Shown: positions 49,258 through 57,580 of the stretch, piece after piece
Layout: every line of letters begins with the position of its first letter
Numbering within the stretch: position 1 is the first letter of the stretch
Assembly: GCA_965202625.1 (NCBI GenBank)
Contig: CBDBBI010000010.1
Location: 2,080,001-2,144,000, forward strand
DNA from: a bacterium
GTDB lineage: Bacteria > UBA8248
DNA length: 64,000 nt
Reading direction: 5' to 3'
Notes under the pieces: model-generated
Databases searched by the model: none
What the model saw: only the letters and a program-made list of their open reading frames with translations
Told to the model about the DNA's origin: nothing
Program-made: the position numbers and the translations under genes

Positions 49258-50730
49258 TCAGAGCGGCGGAAGAGCTTCATGGTGCGTCGTCGCTCTTTCA
49301 AATGCCGCCGCCGCTTGAAAAATCGTTTCCTCGCCAAATGGCTTTCCCACCAGTTGAAGCCCGATGGGCAAGCCCGTCGAAGTCAATCCGCAAGGTTGGC
49401 TGATGCCGGGAAGACCGGCCAGATTGCAGGGGATGGTCAAGATGTCGGAGAGGTACATGCTGATGGGGTCGTCAAGGCGCTCCCCGATGCGAAAGGCGGG
49501 GGTGGGCGCCGTGGCGGACAGGATGAGGTCGACGTTCTCGAACGCGGCGCTGAAGTCCTGGCGAATGAGCGTTCTGACCTTTTGCGCTTTTGCGTAATAT
49601 GCGTCGTAGTATCCGGAGGAAAGCGCGTAGGTGCCCAGCATGATGCGGCGCTTCACCTCTTCGCCGAAGCCGTTTTCTCGACTGGCCGCATACATGCCGA
49701 ACAAGGGGCCGTATTCTGAGTCCCCCTCCTTGCGCGCGCCGAAGCGCACGGCGTCGTAGCGTGCGAGATTGCTGCTCGCCTCAGCGGGGGCGAGAATGTA
49801 ATACACGGGCAGTGCGTATTCGGTATGGGGGAGGGAGACGTCGAGAATTTCGGCGCCTTGATTCCCAAAGACGGCGATCGCCTCTCGCACTGCCGCCTCC
49901 ACGTCGGGGTCCATGCCCTTGATGAAGTATTCTTTCGGAATGCCGATTTTCAGGCCTCTCACCCCCTCCTCCAGGTTTTTCGCGTAATCGGGCACCGGTT
50001 CGTTCGCCGAGGTGGAATCGCGCGGATCGTCGCCGCTGACGGCGCCCAGCAAGATGGCCGCGTCGCGTACGTTTTTCGCAAAAGGACCGATTTGATCCAG
50101 AGAACTGGCGAAGGCGATGAGTCCGTAGCGCGAGACGCGCCCGTAGGTGGGCTTCATTCCCACGACGCCGCAGCATGCCGCCGGCTGGCGTATGGAGCCC
50201 CCCGTGTCCGATCCGAGAGAGACGGCGCAGGATCGCGCCGCAACCGCGGCGGCGGAACCACCGCTGCTGCCTCCCGGAGCGGTTTCCAGGTTCCATGGAT
50301 TATGGGTCGGGCCAAACGCGCTTTGCTCGCATGAGGAGCCCATGGCGAATTCATCCATGTTCAATTTACCGAGTATCACCGCGCCCGCCTTTTTCAATCG
50401 CGCCATGGCGGTGGCGTCGTAGGGGGCCTCGAAGTTCTCCAGAAACCGGGAGCCGCAAGTGGTCTTCGTCCCCTTCATGCAAAGGAGGTCTTTCACGGCT
50501 ACGGGGACGCCCAGAAGAGGAGAGTCGTGCTTTCCCGCCTCCATTTTGCTGTCGGCGCGGCGCGCGGCCCGTATCGCTTCGTCCTCAAGAACGCTCAGGT
50601 AAGCGTTCACTCTCCCTTCGGTTTCCGCAATGCGCTCAAGATACGCCCTGGCCAGTTCCTCCGCGCTGAACGCCTTGGTTCTGAGGCCTTCTCCGATTTG
50701 GGCGACGTCGAGAAAAAGCAGATCGTTCAT
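49258..50730 (-). CDS. gatA: Asp/Glu-tRNA amidotransferase subunit A
   Basis: [60 protein letters not shown]. Confidence 0.97.
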   Translation of the reverse strand: MNDLLFLDVAQIGEGLRTKAFSAEELARAYLERIAETEGRVNAYLSVLEDEAIRAARRADSKMEAGKHDSPLLGVPVAVKDLLCMKGTKTTCGSRFLENFEAPYDATAMARLKKAGAVILGKLNMDEFAMGSSCEQSAFGPTHNPWNLETAPGGSSGGSAAAVAARSCAVSLGSDTGGSIRQPAACCGVVGMKPTYGRVSRYGLIAFASSLDQIGPFAKNVRDAAILLGAVSGDDPRDSTSANEPVPDYAKNLEEGVRGLKIGIPKEYFIKGMDPDVEAAVREAIAVFGNQGAEILDVSLPHTEYALPVYYILAPAEASSNLARYDAVRFGARKEGDSEYGPLFGMYAASRENGFGEEVKRRIMLGTYALSSGYYDAYYAKAQKVRTLIRQDFSAAFENVDLILSATAPTPAFRIGERLDDPISMYLSDILTIPCNLAGLPGISQPCGLTSTGLPIGLQLVGKPFGEETIFQAAAAFERATTHHEALPPL

Positions 50731-50801
50731 GCGTGTTCCTTTGTGGACGTGTCGGCTGCGGCCAGCCCCGGCTCCCAGGGAAGCGTCAATAGCGCGCGCC
50801 G

Positions 50802-51557
50802 TCAACCCCGGCGCCTAAGCAAAAAGGTGGCGTAGTTGAGAGCCTGTTTTCCGCCGCCGCTATGATAGAGATCGAGGTCTCGCTGCCATCCGTCCAGCGT
50901 GTCTTGCGCCTCGGGCGAATCCGCGTATTCGCGTCGGTTCTCCAGAATGGAGCGTGCCTGGGGGGCGAGGAAGCTTTCCCATGCGCGCTCCGTTTCATGC
51001 TCTACGAACTCGACGCCGTATTCCTCCTCCACGAGCCAGCCCCAGAACTCCTCCACGTCTATCGGCTCGCAGGGAAGATAATTGTCGAGCCACCTCGTCA
51101 ACCGTTCAGACGAGGCGGCTTCGTCCCCTGATTTCCAGACCAGGCCGGAATAGGCGATCCATCCCTCCGGCTTCACGATGCGCGTCAGCCTCTTCAGTTT
51201 GTCGATGGCGTTGGAAGGGTGGGCTGGTTCGCACAAAAGCGCCAAATCGAAGTAATCCTCGTCAAAGGGGAGTGCGTCGCCTGAGTGGACGAGCAAATCT
51301 ATGAGGTGGCCCATGTCCTCAAGCAGAACGCGACGCTTTCCGTCTTCCACGAACTCGGGCCGATCGCCCAGTCCGATCCCTGCGCATCCGAACGTCCGCG
51401 CGAGGGCGAGCAGGCTCCCCCCTTTGCCGCACGCGGCGTCAACGACCAGAGAGTCCGCCGACAGTCCGGCGCGGCTTCCCACCTTCTCGAGAGTGGAGAT
51501 GGAGATGGGGACGAGGAAGGGATTGTGCTTGAATCGCTCGAACGGGTCGAGTTCCAT
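50802..51557 (-). CDS. Class I SAM-dependent methyltransferase
   Basis: VVDAACGKG motif [17 protein letters not shown]. Confidence 0.82.
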   Translation of the reverse strand: MELDPFERFKHNPFLVPISISTLEKVGSRAGLSADSLVVDAACGKGGSLLALARTFGCAGIGLGDRPEFVEDGKRRVLLEDMGHLIDLLVHSGDALPFDEDYFDLALLCEPAHPSNAIDKLKRLTRIVKPEGWIAYSGLVWKSGDEAASSERLTRWLDNYLPCEPIDVEEFWGWLVEEEYGVEFVEHETERAWESFLAPQARSILENRREYADSPEAQDTLDGWQRDLDLYHSGGGKQALNYATFLLRRRG

Positions 51558-51578
51558 GAAGCGGTTTTGAAGGCGCGC

Positions 51579-51689
51579 TTAAAAAATCGAGAGGCCGATT
51601 AAGTCGAGCATGAGAATAATTGTGCTCAACCCAAGGATTCCACCGATGATGAGAGCGAACAGCCCGAAAAGTTTTCCGTATACCATCAC
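51579..51689 (-). CDS. Small hydrophobic protein (35-36 aa), not in the ORF track
   Basis: RBS CAGGAG, then GTG-ATG; MVYGKLFGLFALIIGGILGLSTIILMLDLIGLSIF*. It fills the gap between dacZ and the methyltransferase in the same orientation. Confidence 0.6.
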   Translation of the reverse strand: MMVYGKLFGLFALIIGGILGLSTIILMLDLIGLSIF

Positions 51690-51717
51690 GTTTTTCTCCT
51701 GACCATGAGAGGGGCGT

Positions 51718-52644
51718 CTATTTCTTTTTCCCCTTTCTCTTCTTGATGATTCTGGCGGGCTGGGATTTGCTGATCTGCATGAAGACCTTGCCCTCCTTGA
51801 ACACGGTGACGCTTCCCGTTGATTCGCTGATGGCGAACGATATGGCGTCGCTCACCTCCGTTATGCCCGCCGCGGCCATGTGGCGCGAACCCAGGCCGGG
51901 GGGCAGAGCGCTTTCTGACGCCGCGTTCAGGTGCCTGCCGGCGGCTTCGATTATTCCGTTCCCCTGGATGACGAAAGCGCCGTCGATGCTGCTGAATTCC
52001 TTGATGGTCTCGCGAAGGGTCGTGTCCATGATGTTTCTCTGCTCTTCCGGGTATCCATGAAAGGGGTTGATGATGAGCTGGCGTGAATACTGAAGCACCA
52101 GATCGTGGTCTCCCAAAACGAAAAGCGCCCCGCGCGGTTTTCCTTCTCGTCCCTCGGCGCCAATCTCCAGGGCGAGAGACAATACCGTCTCGAAAACCTT
52201 GGGATCCACGCCTTCGACGGCGCTTCGCGTCTCCGAGGTTTGAATCATCTCGTGTTCGCGATCCAGGTGAAAGACCATCAGGGTGTCAATCTCTTCGTTT
52301 TCGGGCAGACCCGAGAGGCACACCACGGTGTCGTCCAGTGCGATGGAACCTTCGCTCAGCGCAATGACGACGCCCATCTTGATGGTGTCGATCCTGTTCA
52401 GGGACAGGGCGGGCAACCGCATCACCCTGCATCCGCGCTTCTCCAGCTCTTCATATATCTCGGGAGAGCAGGTCGTGGCGAAACGCTCCACTCCCATCGG
52501 GAGATCGGATAGGGCGTCAAGCTCCTTCATGGCGTCGGCGTGAATGAAGATCGCCTTGGCGTCCATCTCGTCGCAAATTTGCGCGGCCGCGGCGATGATG
52601 GCTTCGCTGAGTCCGACGCGCCTCTCCTCAAGCGTCTCCATCAT
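51718..52644 (-). CDS. dacZ: Diadenylate cyclase, DacZ/CdaZ-like (PK_C-like N-terminal domain plus DisA_N)
   Basis: EGREGKPRGALFVLGD, IKEFSSIDGAF (DGA motif), GLGSRHMAAAGIT (RHR-like motif), ISESTGSV; no TM helices. Confidence 0.85.
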   Translation of the reverse strand: MMETLEERRVGLSEAIIAAAAQICDEMDAKAIFIHADAMKELDALSDLPMGVERFATTCSPEIYEELEKRGCRVMRLPALSLNRIDTIKMGVVIALSEGSIALDDTVVCLSGLPENEEIDTLMVFHLDREHEMIQTSETRSAVEGVDPKVFETVLSLALEIGAEGREGKPRGALFVLGDHDLVLQYSRQLIINPFHGYPEEQRNIMDTTLRETIKEFSSIDGAFVIQGNGIIEAAGRHLNAASESALPPGLGSRHMAAAGITEVSDAISFAISESTGSVTVFKEGKVFMQISKSQPARIIKKRKGKKK

Positions 52645-54131
52645 CCCTGCCCCTTTCCCTCCAGCGCGACGTAGAACGTCGAGCCTCGCCGCTCGATGAG
52701 GAGCAGATTTCCCTCGCCCTCCCCTTTTTTGAGCGCCGCGCGCAGCCCTTCCGTGTCGGCGACCGTCTTGCGGTTCGCCTCTACGATGACGTCACCCCGG
52801 CGCAGGCCGGCCCGGTCCGCGGGCGTATCCGGCAGAACGTTGGAGATGACGACGCCCTTTTTCGTTTTCGCGCGGATTTCTTTTCTGATTTCAGGCGTGA
52901 GGTCTTGCGCCTCGATTCCCAGCCTTTTCTGAAACGCGGGCTTGAACGCCTTCGCCAGTTGCTTTGGTCCGGGCAGCTTGCCCACCTTGAGGCTGATGCT
53001 TTGCTTCTTGCCGTCGCGGATGAGGGCGATTTTCGCGGTCGCCCCCGGCGTTAAATCCGCAGCCATGAGAGAAAGTTCGCGGGGGCTTTCGATTTGTTTC
53101 TCATCAACGCTTACGATGACGTCGCCTCTTTTGATGCCCGCCTTTTTCGCCGGCCCATCCTCCGCCAGATGAGAGACCAGAGCGCCGCGCGTCTCTTTCA
53201 GCCCCAATTCCTTCGCCAGGCTTTCATTGACGGGCTGAATGGATACGCCCAGAAATCCACGGTTCACCACCCCTTTGCGAAGCTGGGGGATGAGTTTCTT
53301 CGCCATGTTGATCGGAATGGCGAAGCCGATGCCGATGTTTCCGATGCCCCTGCTGAAGATGGCGGTGTTGATGCCCACGACGTTGCCGCGCAGGTCGAAC
53401 AGGGGCCCTCCGCTGTTTCCGGGGTTGATGGAGGCGTCCGTCTGAATGAAGTTGTCGAATCGGCCCGAGCCGATGACGCGCCCCTTGGCGCTGACGATTC
53501 CGGCGGTCACCGTGTGGGACAGCCCGAAAGGGTTTCCGATGGCCATCACCCAGTCGCCGACGCGAAGTTTTTGGCTGTCCCCCAGCTTCGCCTGGATGAA
53601 CGTATCCCCCGGCTTCGTCTCCACCTGAAGCAGCGCGATGTCGGTCTGGGGGTCACGTCCCACGATCCGCGCCTCTCTTTTCCTTTTGTCCTTGAGGCGC
53701 ACCGTGATTTTTATCGCGTTCTCGACCACGTGGTTGTTCGTCATGATGAGCCCGCCGGCGTTGACGATGAAGCCGGAACCCTGCTGGGACGTCCGTCGAG
53801 GCGCGGAGTCTGGCCGCAAGCCGCCTCTGGGTCTGGAGTGGAAGGGTCCCCCGTAGAAGCGTCTGAAAAATTCTTTCCACTCGTCGGGCACTCCCGGAAT
53901 TCCGCCTCCTCGTCCTCTGCTCGTCCTCTGCGTCTCCGTTTCGGCGCGGATGTTCACCACGGAGGGGCTCAGCTTTTCCGCCAGCTCGGCCAGGGACGGC
54001 AGACCGCCCGCGCTGACTGCGGACTGCGCGTCCATCGGCGCGGAAAACAAGGCGAATCCAAGCAGTGCCGCCATGAGAGAAAAACGGGCGCACGCCCATT
54101 TGGATTTTGAAAGATAGAGATGGTCTCGCAT
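52641..54131 (-). CDS. degP: DegP/HtrA (Do) periplasmic serine protease with two PDZ domains
   Basis: Signal peptide, GSGFI, TNNHVV, DIALL, QTDASINPGNSGGPL, two PDZ domains. Confidence 0.95.
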   Translation of the reverse strand: MRDHLYLSKSKWACARFSLMAALLGFALFSAPMDAQSAVSAGGLPSLAELAEKLSPSVVNIRAETETQRTSRGRGGGIPGVPDEWKEFFRRFYGGPFHSRPRGGLRPDSAPRRTSQQGSGFIVNAGGLIMTNNHVVENAIKITVRLKDKRKREARIVGRDPQTDIALLQVETKPGDTFIQAKLGDSQKLRVGDWVMAIGNPFGLSHTVTAGIVSAKGRVIGSGRFDNFIQTDASINPGNSGGPLFDLRGNVVGINTAIFSRGIGNIGIGFAIPINMAKKLIPQLRKGVVNRGFLGVSIQPVNESLAKELGLKETRGALVSHLAEDGPAKKAGIKRGDVIVSVDEKQIESPRELSLMAADLTPGATAKIALIRDGKKQSISLKVGKLPGPKQLAKAFKPAFQKRLGIEAQDLTPEIRKEIRAKTKKGVVISNVLPDTPADRAGLRRGDVIVEANRKTVADTEGLRAALKKGEGEGNLLLIERRGSTFYVALEGKGQG

Positions 54132-54388
54132 TTTTCCTCCTCGCCCCGTTCAGTCCCATATGCCGGCGGCAATAAAGGCCACAACATTCGTTTAGATACA
54201 CCAAAGTTCCATTCGGGGGCAAACGTGCAAACGGGGAGGGGGGGCTGAGCGACGCGCAAGCGCCGCTTTGCCCGGAGGCGCGCCCCTCCGGGCATCGACC
54301 CCAAAGGGAGGGAAGGATATGATCCGCATGGGCCATAACGGAAGCCGGATGCGGGCGCGAGAAGGAGCGTTTTTGAAATGACGGGCGC

Positions 54389-55264
54389 ATGACCCTCGAA
54401 ACCCAAACCATCGTGCTGGCGATTTCTGCGGCTTTCGCCAGTGCGGTGACGAACGTCGCCTTTGCGCCCGTCTTGCGGCAGATGGGTTCGTTCGCCCTGG
54501 TCCAGTTCAACAACGTCGGCAACGCCGTGATGCTGGGGGCGATCGGGTTCTGGATGTATGCGCCAGGGAGCTTTCGCTGGGAGGCGTTCGCCTGGTTCAG
54601 CGCTCTGGGCGTGATGAACTACAGCATCAACCGCTGGGTGTTCTACACGGGAATGAAAATGGTCGGCCCCTCTCGCCACATCACCATCACGAGCATGGTT
54701 CCGCTCCCCACCCTGCTTTTGGCGGTCGTTTTTCTGGGGGAGCAGCCCGGCCGCCTGGTGCTGCTCGGAACGTTTCTCGTCGTTCTGGGCGTGGCGGCGG
54801 TGAGTTACGAGCCCTCCGGCGGAAGGTGGTTTCGGGCGGGAATCGGCTGGTCGCTCACGAGCATGCTCATGCTGGTCGCCAGCGCCTTCATGCGAAAACA
54901 GGGCATGTCCTACATGGCGGCACCCGCCCTGCTCACCGCCTGGTCGGCCCTCGTCGCCATTCCCACCTCCGAGGCGCTGCGCCGCTTTTTGCCCAGGCGT
55001 TATTTTGAATGGGGCGCAAGGCGCTACCTTCCGTTGATGGTGTTCGGAATGACGGTGAACGGGTTGATGCAAATCCTCATCAACCTCGCCCTTCAGGGCA
55101 AGCTCTCGCTGGCGGCGCCCATTCTGAGCGGCACGCCGATTTTCGCCCTGTGTCTCTCCGCGCTGTTCCTGCGGGACGTCGAACGCCTGAACGCGCGCGT
55201 GGCGGTGGGCGTGTGCATCGCCGTGGTAGGCATCGTGGCGGTGGGGGTCGGTCGGCACGGCTAG
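54389..55264 (+). CDS. DMT/EamA family transporter (copy 1)
   Basis: Ten TM helices, two EamA repeats, VGPSR, FLGEQP, PIFAL. Confidence 0.88.
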   Translation: MTLETQTIVLAISAAFASAVTNVAFAPVLRQMGSFALVQFNNVGNAVMLGAIGFWMYAPGSFRWEAFAWFSALGVMNYSINRWVFYTGMKMVGPSRHITITSMVPLPTLLLAVVFLGEQPGRLVLLGTFLVVLGVAAVSYEPSGGRWFRAGIGWSLTSMLMLVASAFMRKQGMSYMAAPALLTAWSALVAIPTSEALRRFLPRRYFEWGARRYLPLMVFGMTVNGLMQILINLALQGKLSLAAPILSGTPIFALCLSALFLRDVERLNARVAVGVCIAVVGIVAVGVGRHG

Positions 55265-55313
55265 TACCGTGCTGTTCTGTTGCTTTCTCACGCGAGAACG
55301 GGCGTATTCTGCG

Positions 55314-56183
55314 ATGGACAACACGACGGGGATTCTCTGGGGGCTGGCCGCAGCCCTTCTTGCGGCGTTCACGGGCGTTCTCGCCGCCAGGCCCTTGCGG
55401 CACATGGGGCTGATGTCCGCCACCCTGCTCACCAACGTCTTCAACATGCTCGTCCTCGCTCTTTTCGGCTGGTGGGAATATGAGCACGCCCACGTCACGC
55501 TCGAGGGCGTCCTGTGGTTCGCCCTTCTGGGCGTCACCGCCTACAGCTGCGGGCGCCTCGTCTATTACAAGGCGATTGACGCCATCGGCCCCCCGAGGCT
55601 CATGACGATCATGAGCGCCTCCCCCCTGCTCAGCCTCGCTCTGGCCGTTCTTTTTCTGGGCGAGAAGCCTGGGCCGGCCGTTCTGGGCGGCACGGCTCTC
55701 GTCGTCCTCGGCGTCGTTCTGGTGAGCTACGAACCCGGGCGGGGCCGCTGGCTGCAGACGGGAATTCTGTGGGCTTTCGCCAGTGCGATCTCTCTGGGCG
55801 TGAGCGTGTTCATTAGAAAGAAGGGTCTGGCCGCCATGCCGAACGTAGGCCTTACCGTCGCGTGGTCGAACATGGTGAGCATCCCCATCATCTACAGCCT
55901 CAGGCTCCTCGCCCCGCCCGCCCTCTTTGACTGGGGGCCGCGCTGGGCGGTGGCGACCATCATTCTGGTGGGCGTGCTGAACGCGGGCAACCAGATGCTC
56001 TACAACCTCGCCATCATCAACGCCGAGGTCAGCGTCGTCGGGCCCATCATCGCCTCCATGCCGATATTCTCCGTCATCTTCACCGCGCTCATGCTGCGCG
56101 ACATGACGCGGGTCCGCCCCCGGCTCGTCCTCGGCGTGTGCGTGACGGCGAGCGGCATGGCGGCCATCGCCCTGGGCCGCTGA
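55314..56183 (+). CDS. DMT/EamA family transporter (copy 2)
   Basis: ATGGACAACACG reads directly on the + strand at 55314 (the ORF track labels it minus); IGPPR, FLGEKPG, PIFSV; TGA at 56181-56183. Confidence 0.88.
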   Translation: MDNTTGILWGLAAALLAAFTGVLAARPLRHMGLMSATLLTNVFNMLVLALFGWWEYEHAHVTLEGVLWFALLGVTAYSCGRLVYYKAIDAIGPPRLMTIMSASPLLSLALAVLFLGEKPGPAVLGGTALVVLGVVLVSYEPGRGRWLQTGILWAFASAISLGVSVFIRKKGLAAMPNVGLTVAWSNMVSIPIIYSLRLLAPPALFDWGPRWAVATIILVGVLNAGNQMLYNLAIINAEVSVVGPIIASMPIFSVIFTALMLRDMTRVRPRLVLGVCVTASGMAAIALGR

Positions 56184-56319
56184 GGAGGTTTGTGAGCCGC
56201 GCGGCGAGTGGGGCGGAGGACGTCGCGCGCCCCCCCGTTCCTCTACAGGAGGGCGAATACTTCACCCGCACTCGCAGGCGTGTCCGCGATGCGCTTGTCT
56301 TGACTGTAGTTTGCGGCTA

Positions 56320-57219
56320 CTAAAATTTAGTCACGGGTAGGTAGGCTTCGCCAGTTTGCGAGGCGTTCCGCCTGATACGTTCGATAACGTCCTGAAAGCC
56401 GGATATTCCCCTCAATACGTGGTATAAATGGTTGTGATCCAGCAGAAGAAGAGGTGTTTTTTTGCCGGATGCCTCTTGCTTCGCGACCGGACTATATCCA
56501 CATATAGAAACGAACACGCCCATCGTATTGTCAGCCTTGGTTTCAACTTTCGAACGAAAGATATCGATATCGGGTGCTCCCGTCTGATTTGTCGTGAACT
56601 TGCACTCAACAAGGTAGGTTGTATCACCGATAGTAATTGATCCGTCGATTTCACGTCCACCCGTTTTATATGGTCGTCGAGAGGTAATCTCGCTAAAATC
56701 CATCAACTTATAAAACCATTTCTCGAAGCCTTTGCCTGCGGAGGGCGATCCTTTCTCGCTCACGAGATCGCAGAGTTTGTTCTCAAGTGATTGAAGGGTT
56801 TGCTGAGACGCTCGGGTCTGAGCTTGAGACTTGTGGAATTTTCTGCGTGCCTCCTGTTTTTGTTTTTCTGACGTAATCTGTGTGTTCTGTTTTGACAGAT
56901 AACGCCGGAGCGTATCGACTGCACTTTTTGCGGTGGCGATCTTATTTTCGCTATCCTCCCAGTTTTCGAGGTCTGGAAAGGCTGTTTGCTCTGAAAGGGA
57001 TCGAGCGAGTTCGATAATCTTCCTTCTTTGTTCGGTTTTCTGGAGCAATTCGAAAACACGCGACAGATAATCTCTCTTTGTTTCATTGGGAAGCCATTCA
57101 GGCAGATCTTGTATCTGTAATGCTCCCAAAAATAATGAAAGTTTATTTCTGCGCCAGAAGGATTTAAGTGCCGCGTCAAAGGTAAGATCGACGAGATGGG
57201 GGGTAAGTTGTGTCTTCAA
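56320..57219 (-). CDS. Restriction endonuclease with C-terminal Mrr-like PD-(D/E)xK domain
   Basis: GKGFEKW...EIDG...YLVECKF...DIDIFRSKV...GVFVSICGYS; N-terminal helical/coiled-coil region; visibly AT-richer than the host genes. Confidence 0.82.
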   Translation of the reverse strand: MKTQLTPHLVDLTFDAALKSFWRRNKLSLFLGALQIQDLPEWLPNETKRDYLSRVFELLQKTEQRRKIIELARSLSEQTAFPDLENWEDSENKIATAKSAVDTLRRYLSKQNTQITSEKQKQEARRKFHKSQAQTRASQQTLQSLENKLCDLVSEKGSPSAGKGFEKWFYKLMDFSEITSRRPYKTGGREIDGSITIGDTTYLVECKFTTNQTGAPDIDIFRSKVETKADNTMGVFVSICGYSPVAKQEASGKKTPLLLLDHNHLYHVLRGISGFQDVIERIRRNASQTGEAYLPVTKF

Positions 57220-57580
57220 TTTAAGTCCTCACCGACATGCCGTTCATAACCGACGCGAAAAAAAATTCAATATATCCCATTACAGATGAAGAACTAACAA
57301 AAGAAATATACATCATACTTCTAATTCCGCATCATCCATAATTTCATCACGCGAAACGCCTACGTTCTTTTCCTGTGCAGGACCTTGCCAGTAGTTCATT
57401 TTGCCTCGCCTCTCCCGAGGGGGCGGAATGACGGCTTTCGCCGTCCGGGCGGCCATGCGGAGTTCGCGTAGCGCACGGGACCGGAACCGGCGGAATGCGG
57501 GCGAATTGTGGAGGGTGTGCGTATGCGCTATACGTGGAAAATAGCTTTTCATGCGGTCTTGAGCGGGGAGTGTCGGCGAT

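Noticed and set aside
55269-56183. ORF-track entry on the minus strand
   Set aside because: The listed protein translates directly from the plus strand (GTG 55269, ATG 55314, TGA 56181-56183). The strand label is wrong, so it is annotated here as +.
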